64,000 bases of DNA, taken from assembly GCF_009914755.1 (NCBI RefSeq), contig NC_060933.1. One strand, written 5' to 3'. Every line of letters begins with the position of its first letter. The stretch's first letter is position 1. The notes beneath the pieces were generated by a model. That model saw only the letters and a list, made by a program, of their open reading frames with translations. It did no database searches and had not been told where the DNA came from. The stretch comes from the human T2T-CHM13v2.0 reference genome, Homo sapiens. Shown piece after piece: positions 1 through 15,505 of the stretch. Made by a program: the position numbers and the translations under genes.

Positions 1-311
1 GCTCAGACTGGTTAAGTCCCAGGTCACTCAGCTATTAAATAGCCAATTAGGAGACCTGAAGTCCTGCTCTCAAACTCTTGCCATTCTACTTTATGCTGAG
101 CTATTTTCATACTTGCTTGTTATCCAATCTTTAATTATTTTGTGGCCATCATTTACCTATATAGGTTCAATAGAAATATTTTATACTGTGAGTTCAAATT
201 AACATCTGGACTGTATGGCTAATGTATAATACTCCCTAATTATGTAGCTGTTGATTTTCCAGAGCACTAGAATGCTGCAGGGTTGGCCTTTGGCCTAAAC
301 CATTTCTAGCT

Positions 312-462
312 ATGGACTTGCCAGATGAGAGCCAGTGGGACGAAACCACCTGTGGCTTGGCTGTTTGTCAGCACCCACAATGCTGGGCAACTATCCGCCG
401 CATTGAGAGGGGCCATCCTCGAATCCTCGGCTCATCCTGCAAAACTCCCCTGGATGCTGAAG
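312..462 (+). CDS. C9orf43: C9orf43 coding exon 1 (MDLPDESQW...PLDAE); exon probably starts at 263
   Basis: ATG 312, donor G|gtgaat at 462/463, acceptor ttttccag ending 262; N-terminus recognised as C9orf43; 151 nt, ends phase 1. Confidence 0.93.
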
Positions 463-576
463 GTGAATTAGCCAGCTTCTGTCCTCTCCCTCACGAGGTC
501 CTTAACGTATTTATGTATGTGGCTCCCTTTCTCCAGGCAGCAGGTTAACATGTTTTCTTCTGGTCTGCCTTCTTAG

Positions 577-712
577 ATAAACTCCCAGTGCTCACCGTGG
601 TAGACATCTTAGATTCCGGCTTTGCAGCTCATCATTTACCAGAATGTACCTTTACTAAGGCCCATTCTTTATTGTCTCAGAGTTCAAAGTTTTACTCCAA
701 ATTTCATGGCAG
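577..712 (+). CDS. C9orf43: C9orf43 coding exon 2 ([10 protein letters not shown]...KFHGR)
   Basis: ttcttag acceptor, AG|gtaaat donor, 136 nt, phase 1->2. Confidence 0.92.
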
Positions 713-909
713 GTAAATTATCATGGAATCTTCCTTTACAGCCTATTGTCTCAAAATTCTGGATTATGATTTTCCTTATCCATTAGTATACTTTGAGAAA
801 GCTAGATTAAAAAGAAAATACCAATTGGGTTAAAGAAGTGGTGAATAGGCAGTGGGAAACAGAAAGAAACCCTTCCTGCTTGTGCCCTAGGAATTGGTTA
901 ATTTGGGAG

Positions 910-2414
<1,505 letters not shown>

Positions 2415-3534
2415 CCTGTCTTTCTATAATAATATTTTATTTTTAGGTATGAAACTATTTGTAAGCTCCTAAAGGAAAAAGCAGTGCCTTTTTTTTTTCT
2501 TTTCTTGAGTCTCCTACAATGTCTGTGTACCCAATGAGTGCTTGCTGGTACATGAAACAAAGGGACAGGTATCTGTGGAAAACTTAGACTTAAAAAATTC
2601 GAAGACTTTGTTACCTGGAATAAAGCACCAGTGGTGGCTCTCATAGTATTTTCTTTTCTCCTGTTCCATTTAAGTAGCCCTTAATGATTTCTCTTTGGCT
2701 AACAATAGTATAGGAAGAGGTGTGACTATTTTCATGTTCTCTAGGACTTTAACTCTGGTTAGACAGCGGTGTTTCTCAGTCAGGACCTATGATATGCTTC
2801 ATATTCATACCCAGGGACACACTCCGCCCCTGCCATGCCCGCCATGTATAGCGCAGAGCTGTGAGAGAGCTGCCTCCTCTAGTCATTTCCCTGTTTACAC
2901 GCCTTCTTCCTTCAGTGTGTCTTGCTTTCTGCTTCACACTCTCTGTCGGAGACCAGTCCTTCATGACATGGTGGGTTTTTGCAGTGGCTTCTGAACTGGT
3001 TTCCCTGCCTTTTCTCCTCGAAGCTATTTTACATATGGCCAACAGATTAATCTTCCAAAAATATTGCTTTGTTCATTTCCTTGCTTGAAAAGCCCCTTTA
3101 TCAGAACTTTGTTTACTAGAGAACAGACTCAAACCTCCCAACTCTAGACTGGTGGCCTCTCTCTTTACTGTCTGGCTCCTCTAATCAGAGTCTTCTCTTC
3201 TTGAACACCAACTTTTCCTCTGTGTGAGACTGGTTTTCTGATTGTGCTTTTCTGTCATGCAGTTTCCTAAACCTTAAAGGCCCTCTTCCTTCCTGTCACT
3301 TCATTAAGTCCCTTTCCTGGCCTGTAAGGCCCTACGAGATCTGGCCTTCCTACTGGACCTCATCTCGCATTTCTCCCTTCCTTGTTGAGTAGGCTGCAGC
3401 TGCACTGCTCTTTCAATTCCTCATCTATGCCACACCTCCCACCCCAGGGCTAATGGCCCTACTGTTTCTTCTGAGTAGAACACTTTTTCTCTTAACTAGG
3501 TTTTTTTTTTTGTTCTTTTGTTTTTTGTTTTTAA

Positions 3535-3727
3535 AACACTATTGACATTTTGGACCAGATAATTCTTTGTCCTTTGGGGCTGTCTTATTTTAGCTACTTC
3601 CCTGGCCTGTACCCATTGAATACTAATAGTACCCTACCTCCAGTTATGACAACCAGAAATGCCTCCAGACATTACCAGATGTCCCCTCGGGGCAAAATTG
3701 CCCCCTTGTTGAGAAATACTGCCCTAG
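3535..3727 (-). mobile_element. MER20-like hAT DNA transposon inside L2 remnants
   Basis: ...gacaaccagaaatgcctccagacattaccagatgtcccctcggggcaaaattgccccc... matches the MER20 reverse complement. Confidence 0.7.
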
Positions 3728-4864
3728 ATCCTTCCATCTAATTCCTTTTGGTCATTTGAGTTTAAGCTTAAATGTTGCTTTTTCACAGAAGTCTTCCTCA
3801 ACCAGTCTATTTAAAATTTCCTTACACCCTCATTGTCATTTAACCAAGCATCATTTTTCTTCAGTTCTTCTGACCTGAAATGATTTTTTTGATTTGTTTG
3901 CCGCCTCTCATGAGAATGTCAGTCCCTACAAGAGCAGGGACCATATGTTTCTTTTGTTGGCTGCTCTGTCTCCTATGTCTTCAACAATGCATGGCAAGTA
4001 GTGGAAACATAATAAGTATTTGTTGATTGAGAGAATATGGTCCTTTTCTTCTGTCAAGGTTGAGTTTCCTCATTTCCCACTAGCCTCTGATACTCTCTCT
4101 TCCAAACTACCCCCAGTACTTCAGTCCCTGACATGCTTATTGATATTTTTATGTTTATCTCCTGTTTGTCCAACTGGATTTTAGGCCCTTTGAAAGCAGG
4201 GACCATGACATTTGTTTAGTCATTCAATTCACAACTGTATTTTAGTGCGGGCCACTGTGATGAATGCTGGGATACAATAGTAAACAACATACAGTCTTTA
4301 TCCTCAAGGGACTTTCAGCCTAGTTGGGGAGGCAAAGAAATAAGCAGTCCGTATGATGAGTGTCATGAGAGGACCGCCCCCTGGTGTGTGGAAACACCAG
4401 AAAGGGTTCCCAAGTCAGGGCACTGTCTTCTGTGTAAGTGGCATCTGTGCCTAGACTGGAAGTCTGAGCAGTCTAGTGAAATGGGGGTTGTAGGTGGGAG
4501 GTTGGCAGGAAGCGAGTTCTAAACCATAGGAATAGCATATGCAAAGGCTTGGAGGCAAGAGGAAATTGTGTCTGTATCAGGAAAATAGTTCATTGTGCCT
4601 AGAACATAGAGCAGGAATGGAAGAGTGGTCAGAGATGAGGCTGGGGAGCTGCAGTAGAAACAGGAAGCAGGAGTCTGTGTCATGTAGGACTTCATAAAGC
4701 AGGCTGAGTGTTAGGTCTTTATCTTTTTTTTGTTTTTAAATTCCACTATCATTCCTAAAGATCTTTATCATTTACCCCTTTACATTATTCATTCATTCAT
4801 GCATGTAACATGTCTTTTAAAAAATAAGAAAAATAGCAAGTGATATGAAAACATAAGGATATGA

Positions 4865-5595
4865 GTTTTTTACTGTGGTAAATATATACATAATAAAAAT
4901 TGACCATTTTAGCCATTTTTAAGCATACAATTCATTGGCATTAAGTACATTCACAGTGTTGTACATCCATCAGCACTATCCATTTCCAGAATGTTTTCAT
5001 CATGTCAAACAAAAACTGTATCCATTAACAGCAACTCCCCATTCCCTCCTCTTCCCAGTCCCTGGTAATATCTATTCTATTTTCTGTCTTTATGAACTTG
5101 CCTGTTCTAAATACCTCATGTAAGTGGAATTACACAACATTTGTCCTTTTGTGTCTGGCTTATTTCACATAGTATAATGTTTCCAGTGTTGTAGTATATA
5201 CTGTAGTCCCCCCTTATTTTCAGGAAATATATTCTCAGACCCCCAGTGGATGCCTGAAACTGTGAAAGTACCAAACCCTATATTTACTATGTTGTTACGT
5301 ATACATACATACCAATGGTAAAGTTTAATTTATAAGTTAGGCACAGTAAGAGATTAACAACAATAAGATAGAACAATTAAAATATACTGTGATGAAAACT
5401 CATGGTGTGAATATCGTCCTTGTGGTCTCTCTCTCTCTCTCAAAATACCTTAGTTATAGGTGCTCACCTATTTTCAGACCATAGTTGACTGTGGGTAAGT
5501 GAAACCATGGATAAAGGACTACTGTATCAGAATTTCATGACTTTTAAAAGCTGAATGATATTCTATTGTATGTATATACCGCATTTTATTTATGT
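4865..5595 (-). mobile_element. old L1M 3' end with nested MER44/Tigger-type element (~5200-5525)
   Basis: L1M 3'UTR motifs (cattaagtacattcacagtgttgt); gacccccagtggatgcctgaaact is MER44-like. Confidence 0.65.
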
Positions 5596-5925
5596 AACGT
5601 ATTTTGAACATCTACATCAAAGTACTTAATATTAACTTTCATTGATGGTGATATAACTGTCTCTAGCTGGAGAGAAGAGTAGGCTATGAATTCTGTTTGA
5701 TGGAACAAATAGTTGTGAAGTATTTGCAGTGTGCAATGTCTGTTAAGGAGCTGTTCCGGGAAAAACAAACAAAACTTAAGGATATGGTGAGATCCTACAT
5801 TCATTTGGTAAGCATTAAGCCCAAGGTTTTCTGTAGATAAGTAGAAGGATTTCCTCATAGCACTAACGTTATCATTCCAATAAGTCTTTTGTATTTCTGT
5901 TTTATGTGTGGAACTCATTTTTTAG

Positions 5926-5983
5926 GCCTCCGAAGGGTTTACCTGACAAAAGTTTGATCAACTGTACTAACAGACTTCCCAAA
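5926..5983 (+). CDS. C9orf43: C9orf43 coding exon 3 ([19 protein letters not shown])
   Basis: tttttag acceptor, AAA|gtaagt donor, 58 nt, phase 2->0. Confidence 0.9.
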
Positions 5984-6909
5984 GTAAGTCATAGATTTTA
6001 AAAGTACTTCTTCAACATTTTTTCTTTACTAGTGGAAATAAACTATTCTGCCTTTATTTGAAATTATTCCTCAGGAGGACTAAAATCTGAATAGTAATGT
6101 TGATAGTAACCATCTAATATTGGGCCCTTCCTGTATGCTAGACTCTGTGCTATCTACATGCCATATTGTTTTCAGAAATCCTAGAAGCCAGTGGGATCTA
6201 TTTGTATGGGTTTGGCGTAGGTGAGAATTTTCTGTCTCTATCCTGCATAGAACATGTTCAGCTACTCAGTAAATACTGTCGTCTCATAATCAGGGAAACT
6301 GGAATGCTGGAATGGCAGACCCAGGTAGGCCTTAAGATCATCTCATCTGATAACTTACAAAGTGTTTAGCTATGATCTACAGTAAGAAATAGATTTTACA
6401 ACAAAAATACCATGGAACAATCCTTACCCTAACTATGCACTCTAATATTTTCTGCCCTATTCTGTTTTATTCTATTTCATTTTTAAACAATGTGGTCTGT
6501 GATTCAAAAAATTTGATTTTATGACCTATGAATAAGTTGCAATTGCAGTTTGAAGAACACTATAATGGTTTGATAGACCACAGCCTATCTTATATATCTT
6601 GCAGGTGAGGAAACTGAGATGGGTAGTGATTAGCTAAAGCACACAGCTAGTTAGGGGTAGAGCTAAATTAGAAATTTAGGAAGAAAAAACCCTCCTACTT
6701 AACTATGGTAAAGAGAGATTTACTATTCTTTGCAGTACTACTGGATGCCTTTTATTTTTTTCTTGAGATGCTTCACTTTTCAATATCATGTGTAGTGGAG
6801 CGTATAAGGAACTGAGATGGTAGATGGTTTTGAATGGATGAATTGACTAATCACTTTACCTCTTTGACTTCTTTAGAACAAGAGGATTAGATTAAATAAT
6901 AATAACAAC

Positions 6910-7197
6910 AATAATAATTATTATTTTAAGAGACAGGGTCTTTCTCTGTCACCCAGGCTGGAGTGCAGTGGTATGATCATGGCTCATTGTAGCCTCAAAC
7001 TCCTGGGTTCAAACCATCCTCCTGTCTCAGACCCCTGAGTAACTGAGACTACAGGCACACACCACCACACTTGGCTAATTAAAAACTTTTTGTAGAAACA
7101 GGGTCTCACTATGTTGCCCAGGCTGGTCTCAAACTCCCAGCCTCAAGCAATCCTCCTACCTCTGTCTACCAAAGTGCATGAGTTGTCATGCCTGGCC
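6910..7197 (-). mobile_element. AluJ
   Basis: Alu consensus with J-type diagnostics. Confidence 0.88.
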
Positions 7198-7920
7198 GAG
7201 ATTAAATTATTTTAAGTTAATTATTTGAAGAGATAATGTATGAACATGATTTTTAAATTCAAAAAGCATTAAAGGATTTATAATAAAAAGGAATCTCTCC
7301 TATTACCTCCAAGTCCATCAGTTTGTCTTCACAGGGACAACCTTATTTTGAATAGTTTTTTCGTGTGTGTATCTTACCAGGAATATGGACTAGGTGATTT
7401 ATAAGATTTCCTTGAGCACTATGTTCTAGGATCCTAAATAGCTAAATGTGAGAAGAGTTAGCCTTTGACTTTTATATAAATGCCTATAATTGTAGTCAGA
7501 CTGTAAAAGAAAACACCTTGCTTCTGTTTCTATCAGTTCTCTTCCTGCTCCCAAACTGCAGATTGTAATGTCTGTGGGATCTAAGTCTTTGGAGTGGAGT
7601 GGGCAGGATAAGTAATGTTCCTGTAGGTAAGCCCCAGGGCACCCTCATATGGGATTGGATTGGGAGTTGCTAAATGCTACCCTAATGGCACAGGGAAGCA
7701 GGGGAGATTATCTGCTTATTAATACTCACTCTTGCAGATACCTATACTGATATTTGATGGAGTAGTCTGTTTTTTTTGGGAGAATATTATGAAGATATCT
7801 TGAAGATGGGAAACTTAAAATCATCTTCTGTGCCACCAAACTCTTTGCTTAGCATATCCTTAATCTGATATAGGAGCTTAGCACCTCAAGCCATACATAG
7901 GCTTTATATCTTTCTCTTAG

Positions 7921-8021
7921 TTTCCAGTGTTGAATTTGAATGAGACGCAACTTCCCTGCCCTGAAGATGTTAGAAATATGGTTGTATTGTGGATCCCAGA
8001 AGAAACAGAGATACATGTGAG
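7921..8021 (+). CDS. C9orf43: C9orf43 coding exon 4 ([10 protein letters not shown]...EIHVS)
   Basis: tttctcttag acceptor, AG|gtgagt donor, 101 nt, phase 0->2. Confidence 0.9.
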
Positions 8022-9366
8022 GTGAGTATCATATCTGGAACTCAGAGGACTTTGACTCTATAAATCCCTGATGTCTTCTGCAGCGTCCTTTTTGTGATCT
8101 CCCATTTAGCCAGCTCATTGCAAGTAGCAGGAGGCCAAGCAGAGAAGGTCGTGGTCTGTTGCATCTGCCTTTTGCTACACTGGAATTTTAATGTAATGCA
8201 TTTTGAGATTCATGCTGTGGGACTTCTCCATATCAAATTTTACACGGCAGTAAATAGCATACAAGATAGGGCTCAACTTACTTATAAGGCTTGACTAAGA
8301 AATAAATGCTCTCTCTTAGTTTTTCTTATTAGCCACTTGCAACAAGTGAAAAAGTTCTCAGTGAAGCATGTGAATCTCTGTTCTCAACCCCAGGGCCTAG
8401 TACAGTGTACAAAAGCAATAGCATATAGGACTTGTGTACAAAAGAGTGTGACAAAGACCATTTGGTGAAGGCCCAAAGGCTTGCTAATATTGACAACCAT
8501 GGGGAAAGTGTTTGGTTCTTCTTTCCTGATCCTTGAGGCTTTCAGGTTCTTAAGTGACATTTAGAGATGATGAAACTTAAGAATTTCTTTTTATTTCTTT
8601 TGTTTTTCTTTTTAAAAAATAATCCTGTGAGTGCTTCTCTCTATATATATGCATTTGTGTGTGTGTATATATGGTATAAACAAATGAAAAACAACCCTAA
8701 GGGTTTATTTCCTTTCGTGTGAAAGAAGCTCAGAAGTAGGCAGGCTAGGTCATGTGAGCTCCATGAGATAATTAGAAACCAGGGCTCCTTCTAGCTTTTT
8801 GGGCCGTCATCCTTAGCCCATGGATTCCAACTTCTAAGGAGTTTCATGGCTGCTTTTAAGGTATAAGTTGGCTACTAGAGATCCAGCTATCATATCCACG
8901 TCCCAGGCAAGGAGGAAGAGGTCAGAGCAAAAAATACTTCTTACCAAACATCTCTGTGTCAAGCAGTGAGGATTTAGTGAACCAAATAGATTTGGTCCCT
9001 GTCCTGTTGGAGCCTTGTCAGGGGGAGTCAGCCATTACAGACATAACCACACCTACATATATCATTTCTAATTTGGATTCATGCTATGAAAGTAGGTAAC
9101 CGGATTGCCTGAGAGAATAATGGGAAACCTAATTTAGATATGAGGATGGGGGGTCTTTTTAGCAGAAGGTACTTGGGCAGCAGTTACTGCTGGGTTCCCA
9201 ACCAGCTATCTTTGAGTACTGATCAAAGATAGGAATCTTTGTGGTCATCATTCACAAATATCCTTGGAGCTTCTGTTTAAGATATCTGGGAATAAGTTGT
9301 GCTTACTCTTATTTCAAGTCCAGCTGAGAAGCATGTTTTGTTTTGTTTTGTTTTGTTTTTCTCCAG

Positions 9367-9403
9367 CCAGCATGGGAAGAAGAAAAGAAAGAACTCGGCA
9401 GTG
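9367..9403 (+). CDS. C9orf43: C9orf43 coding exon 5 (QHGKKKRKNSAV; basic NLS-like)
   Basis: (GTTTT)n tract + ctccag acceptor, GTG|gtgagt donor, 37 nt, phase 2->0. Confidence 0.88.
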
Positions 9404-10143
9404 GTGAGTTTGATGTTTTTGTGCAAACCTTTATAATATTGCTATGTAGAGTTTATTTTGTTTTCCTTTCAGGTCTCCTCCACCTTACCCCCGTTCTTTC
9501 CTGAAATGATCCAAATCTGCTAAAGAAAACCCTTCTTTAGGAATAATTAACCAAACCATTCTCTATTCAGAGACTCCTTTTTTCTGTCTCCTTCCTATAG
9601 GGAGATGAAGAGCACCTTGAGATAATAGGAGGAACTGTTGCGTGTTCAGGGGGGGAGTTTTTGGTCAATTAAAAACGAATCCCCAACGTGATCATATAGA
9701 ATTTCAATGGACTAGGGGTTATAAGACCTGGGCTTCTAACTCTAATTGTACCATTTATGAGTAAATGTGACCTTGGATAAGTCACTGTAAGACTGCTATG
9801 TCCATGAGAGTAGTGTCTTGGTTCATTTTGTTCATTGCTGAATCCCCATCCCTAGCCCTGTGCCTGACACATAATTAGACAATAAATTTTTGTTCAGTTT
9901 GTTGAGTGAGTAAACGAATGACCTTTCTGGAAAATGAAACAAAACAACGAATCCCTGTATGATCTGAATACAACAACAGAGTTGGGAGCTTGAGAGGGAA
10001 ACATGTGGCGGCCCTCATCGTTCAGAGGAGGCAACCATGGCTGGAGTACATGCCAGGGTAGTGTTGAGAGGCTAGAATGTTGATGGAAAGGACTAGGCTA
10101 AAAAGAATGCTTTGGAGAATTCTTTCCATTGTTTCTCTTCCAG

Positions 10144-10316
10144 AAAAGCAAGTCATTTCTGGGTCTCTCTGGAAATCAGTCCGCAGGAACACGAGTAGGA
10201 ACACCAGGGATGATCGTGCCTCCCCCAACCCCAGTGCAATTGTCTGAACAATTCAGTTCAGATTTCCTACCTCTCTGGGCTCAATCCGAAGCGTTACCTC
10301 AGGATCTACTGAAGGA
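10144..10316 (+). CDS. C9orf43: C9orf43 coding exon 6 (KSKSFLG...QDLLKE)
   Basis: ttctcttccag acceptor, GA|gtaagt donor, 173 nt, phase 0->2. Confidence 0.92.
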
Positions 10317-10983
10317 GTAAGTATCATGTAGGTCTGTGGGAGAGCCAGAGCACCTGCTTTTTACTGAAGCTGGGATGGGTCTAAACAGTGTGCTTTTTCT
10401 GAGTAGGACTGGGAGAAAACTATCACCCCGATTTGTTTACTGAACTCTTGGACTTACCAACAGGCAGGGATGACCATCATAACCACCACCATTTGTCACA
10501 CTTACCATTTGCCTGGCCCTGTGCTAGGCATATCACATGTACTTTCATTTAAATTTGCACTAGGAGGTAGGCACTATCACTGTCTTCTTTTTATAGGTGA
10601 ATTATGAATAAGTGGTAGGCAGAATATGTGGTCTGCAGTGAGATGACCTTTGAATTTTACATTGAAACTTAACTGGCTATATGAATTTTGGTAATGTATT
10701 TAGCCTCTTAAAGCTTCATTTTCCTCATTTGCAAAGTGGGAGTAATATCTGTTCTCAGGTGTTGTAAAAGCACATGAGCCTGACATAGAATCAGCACTGA
10801 GTATATGCAGCTATGATGATCGTAGTTGCATCAGAAAAGTGTTACCAAATGAACACTTGTTGGTACAGGCCTTTTCAGACCCAAAGTGGAAATTTCTTGG
10901 AGCCCTTTACATCTCTTTCTCCTCAGCCATGCTTTCCGGGAAGAGCTGTTGCTGACTGTCTGGCTGTCCTCTGTCCCCTTCAG

Positions 10984-11134
10984 ACTTTTGCCAGGTGGAA
11001 AGCAAACCATGCTCTGTCCAGAGATGAAGATAAAATTGGCCATGATGAAAAAGAATCTTCCCTTGGAAAAGAACCGACCTGACAGTGTGATTTCTTCTAA
11101 GATGTTTCTATCTATACACCGCCTCACCCTGGAA
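10984..11134 (+). CDS. C9orf43: C9orf43 coding exon 7 (LLPGGKQ...HRLTLE)
   Basis: ccccttcag acceptor, GAA|gtaaga donor, 151 nt, phase 2->0. Confidence 0.92.
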
Positions 11135-11329
11135 GTAAGAGCTAGGAAACAGCAGGGAAGAAGCCTATGTGAAAATTCAAACCCATCTCTCCTCAAATCT
11201 GGAAGAGTTGACATTCTATTCCTTATCTCCCTTCTGCCTTTCCACTCTGAACCCATGCCCCAGAGAAGGCTGGGCTCTATGTATGTAAAAGCCAGTCGAT
11301 GGGGAAGTGTTGAGAGAGCAATGTTCTCT

Positions 11330-11643
11330 ATTTCTTTCTTTTTTTTTTTTTTTTCTTTTTTGAGAGACTGGGTCTCACTCTGTCACCCAGGGTGTAGTGC
11401 AGTGGTTGATCATGGCTCACTGCAGCCTTGACCTGCTGGGATGAAGTCATCCTCCTACCTCAGCCTCCAGAGTAGCTGGGACTACAGGTGTGCGCCACCA
11501 TGGCTGGCTAATTTTTAATTTTTTGTAGAGACAGGGTCTCACTATGTTGCCTAGGCTGGTTTCGAACTCCTGAGCTCAGGTGATCTGCCCACCTCAGCCT
11601 CCCAAAGTGCTGGGATTACAGGCATGAGCCACCATGCCTGGCC
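11330..11643 (-). mobile_element. AluJ
   Basis: Alu consensus; TSD-like atgttctctatttct on both sides. Confidence 0.9.
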
Positions 11644-11836
11644 ATGTTCTCTATTTCTTCTGCACTTTGTTCCCCACACCTTTTCCCTTCCTCCGTAGCC
11701 CCTGGTACAATGCTGCAAAACACTGGGTTCTTAAAATGTGCTTGTTGACTGGATGAATAAACGCATTTGGGGGATACATTTGGAGAAAGGGAAAGACCTG
11801 CAGTAGAGCTTTTCTTTTTCTTTTTTCTTTCTCCAG

Positions 11837-11894
11837 AGACCAGCACTGCGATATCCTGAACGTTTGAAGAAATTACATAACCTGAAGACAGAAG
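11837..11894 (+). CDS. C9orf43: C9orf43 coding exon 8 ([19 protein letters not shown])
   Basis: long polypyrimidine tract + ctccag, G|gtagat donor, 58 nt, phase 0->1. Confidence 0.9.
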
Positions 11895-12161
11895 GTAGAT
11901 TTGCTGTTGCTGCTGGATCTCTAAGCACCATTTTCTGTTAGCCCACATTTCTCATACTTTAACGTGGTCCAATTCAGTTATATTTGTGGCCACAGTCATA
12001 CAGGGTCACATGTAGAACTCAGGAAACAATAGTTTCAGGAAGCAGCCCCTCTGGCTTGGTCCTTACCAGGGAGTCACCATTGTGAAGGAAGGCACAGCAG
12101 GCATTCCAGTGGGAGAGAGGGGGCTGTTAGAAGAGGATCAAGCTGGCTCTCTGGTCACCAG

Positions 12162-12238
12162 GTTACAGGAAACAGCAGCAGCGGCAGCAGCAGCAGCAGC
12201 AGCAACAGAAGAAGGTGAAAACACCTATTAAGAAACAG
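12162..12238 (+). CDS. C9orf43: C9orf43 coding exon 9 (polyQ exon, GYRKQQQRQ8KKVKTPIKKQ)
   Basis: caccag acceptor, CAG|gtagag donor, 77 nt, phase 1->0. Confidence 0.88.
12173..12208 (+). repeat. coding CAG repeat (CAG)3 CGG (CAG)6 CAA CAG
   Basis: read directly; encodes Q3-R-Q8. Confidence 0.95.
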
Positions 12239-12460
12239 GTAGAGTGGCAGTGAGGGGCTTGCTGGGACTGGGAGAGGTCTACAGCCTGGAATGGGAAGGG
12301 ATGTATGAAAGGTGGGGGTCTCCTTGTTTTCTATCTGGTTATAGATAAAAAGTTCTTGTCTGGTTGTAGATGTTAAATTCCTTCTTTTTGATATTCCTTT
12401 TGAAAAAAGTTTTCTTTACTTCCAAAAATCCTAATTTGTTCCTCCTGATGTGGGTTTCAG

Positions 12461-12548
12461 GAGGCTAAAAAGAAAGCCAAGAGTGATCCAGGGATCCAGA
12501 GCACTTCACATAAACATCCAGTTACCACCGTTCATGACCGTCTCTATG
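12461..12548 (+). CDS. C9orf43: C9orf43 coding exon 10 ([11 protein letters not shown]...HDRLY)
   Basis: tttcag acceptor, G|gtaagg donor, 88 nt, phase 0->1. Confidence 0.9.
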
Positions 12549-13939
12549 GTAAGGGGAATATATGCTTGGTTGGGGGTGATAGGATCCCTGAGGGGTAGGT
12601 ATCTGAGGGCAGGAAAAGCTAAACATGCTCTTGTCATTTTGAGACCTGCCTTTGTCAGGCACTCAGAGTTTCTTGGAATGCTTCAGTCTGTCTGGTCTCT
12701 CATGCACCATCCTTCCCTCATAAATTTGCTAAACAAACAAGCTGAGCCAGATGTCTGCTTCACATGAGGGCTTGAAAGATGACCATGAACATGAATCCCA
12801 GTCATCTTTTCCTCAGGTTCTACCTTAGAAAAGGCAGAGCACTTTGAGGATCAGGAGAGGAACAAGCCCAGGTTACTGAAGAGAAAACCCTGAGGGCCCA
12901 TTTTCCAATGAGGCAGGGAGAGCTGGGGCCCCTCACTAGAACCCCAAAAGAGTTCTAAGGAAGCAGAGCTCTGGGGCCCCCTAACCTTCCTGCCACAAGG
13001 TAGAGAGTCTCTGGAGCCTCACGTTAAAATCAACACATTGTCTAGCCCCATCCAGGAGTCAGGGAGCCAACTCTTGTCAGGCAGTTCTTTTGCTCCAGTG
13101 CTCATGCTGGACACAAGAATGGACATCTCCCCTTTTTGGAGTCGTTATTATGTCTGAGCTCAGGCATATACTTACCCCTATCCCTCCAAAATTTTTCAAC
13201 TTGAGTGGAGAATGGGAGGAGGGAGAAAGAATCCCCCCAAACTTTGGAGGATCGTTGTGCCCGTCTCAGACTGGACATTGCTGACTTTAATATGAAAACA
13301 ACTGTTTAATCATCAGAAAGAGCTCTCCAATCCTGGGGCACTGGGAGGGCTGAGATGAGGTTTCCTGAGAAGGATGTTGCCCTCTTGCTTTCCTTCCCAT
13401 CTCACTTAGTTGTCTGATGCCAATGATCTGCTCTAACCTGAAGGTTGGAAGGTTCCTGCCCTTCTTATGGGAGGTGGACAGAATCAGGGCTTGGCCCCGG
13501 GCAGGAGGTGATGTATCCAAGGTTAACACTCCATCTAGGGTGACCACTACCACTCCCCTGAATTCCGTTCTGGTGCCTTTTGTACCCCTTCCCAATGCCT
13601 CCAATAGGAGCAATTTTGCTTGGGTGACTGGGGTGCCTCTGTGAGTCATGTTCATAGAGCAGTGGCCTGTCCTCACTGAGTTGAGAAAGGCTTTATGGAA
13701 GAGATGATTTTTGCATTGAATCTTGAGTATGTGTGGGAGTTTTCCTGATATGGGAAAGAACTCTTGAGAGGGAATAGCCTGTGCAAAGGCATCTAGGAGG
13801 ATCACAGCTGCTCAGGAAACACTGAGCAGTTGAGTGTGGTTGTGGGGTTGGGTATTTAAGGGAGAGTGGTCTATCACACCAAAGAGGTAGGCAGGGGCTT
13901 GTATGGACTGCTAAGTCTTTTGACCTTTATCATCCAGGC

Positions 13940-14445
<506 letters not shown>

Positions 14446-14964
14446 TGGTAGGGAGTCCATGGAAATGCTATAATTTAGCATAATACCTCTGGTGGCAGCT
14501 TGGAAGATGTTTGTTTAGGGAAAGGGAGATTGAGAAAAGAATGAATGAATCTACCTAGGGACTAGTTGGGGAAGCAGCTGATGCAAAAGAAACATAAAAC
14601 TAGAGGTTTTTGTTTTTGCTTTGTTTATGGGTACATGAGGGATGGCGCAAGAAGATGAGTCACATTCTGGTAAGAGGAGTATTCATATGCTGTGAAAAAG
14701 TAGATTAGGGTTTCTTGGAGGAATCCTGGGTCTTTTAACACACACTTGAGCGTAATCTCTAATTCTGTAATAGATGAAGTTACAGTCCCAGGTGAGCAGA
14801 ATCTCAAGTAGAACTCAGAAGGTCTAACTACCTTTTACCTGCCATCAAGGTCTTGTCTTTTCCTGGATGCAGAGTCACTTGTAGACTAGGGGTCACCTAG
14901 AAGCCCCCAAATAGGGTATGATATGGTAATAAGAGGAAGATTGAATGGACTCTTTGGTTACTAG

Positions 14965-15041
14965 GTTACAGAACTCTGCCAGGTCAGAACAGTGACATGA
15001 AGCAGCAGCAGCAGATGGAAAAAGGAACCACTTCGAAACAG
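14965..15041 (+). CDS. C9orf43: C9orf43 coding exon 11 ([26 protein letters not shown])
   Basis: ttactag acceptor, CAG|gtgaga donor, 77 nt, phase 1->0. Confidence 0.88.
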
Positions 15042-15072
15042 GTGAGAGTGTACCAAGGCCTCTGCTAGGACC

Positions 15073-15505
15073 CAGTTTCAGTTATCTATTACTATGTAAC
15101 AACCCCAAAGCTTAACCATAATGATTTGCTATTGCTAATGATTCTGTGGGTTGACTGGACAGTTGTTCTTCTCCTGCTTGAGGTCACTTAATGCAGCTGG
15201 GCTGAGGCTGTTGGCCAAGTTGCTGGTTTTCCTTCCTGAGGCCTCTGCATGTGGCTTATTTGGGCTTTTTGATAGCATAGTAGTCTCATGAAAGCAGTTT
15301 CATGAAAGCAGTTTCTTAAGGGATGGGCCTGGAACTAAAACAGTGTTACTTGTGCCACATTTTCTTGGCCAAAGAAGCCACAAGTCCATCCCAGAGAGTA
15401 AATAAGAGAAGAAATAGGCCCTATCTCCTGATGGGAGGAACAGCATGTGCATACCAGAATGGGAGGAATTGTTGGAAGCCATCTTTGGAGGCCGTCTGCC
15501 CTTAG
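15073..15505. mobile_element. MLT1-type LTR
   Basis: cagttatctattactatgtaacaacccc..., ...gccatctttggag MaLR motifs. Confidence 0.65.

Noticed and set aside
13287-13805. 172-aa minus-strand ORF in a C9orf43 intron
   Set aside because: Partly overlaps L2-like sequence, non-ATG start, no recognisable domain or exon signals.
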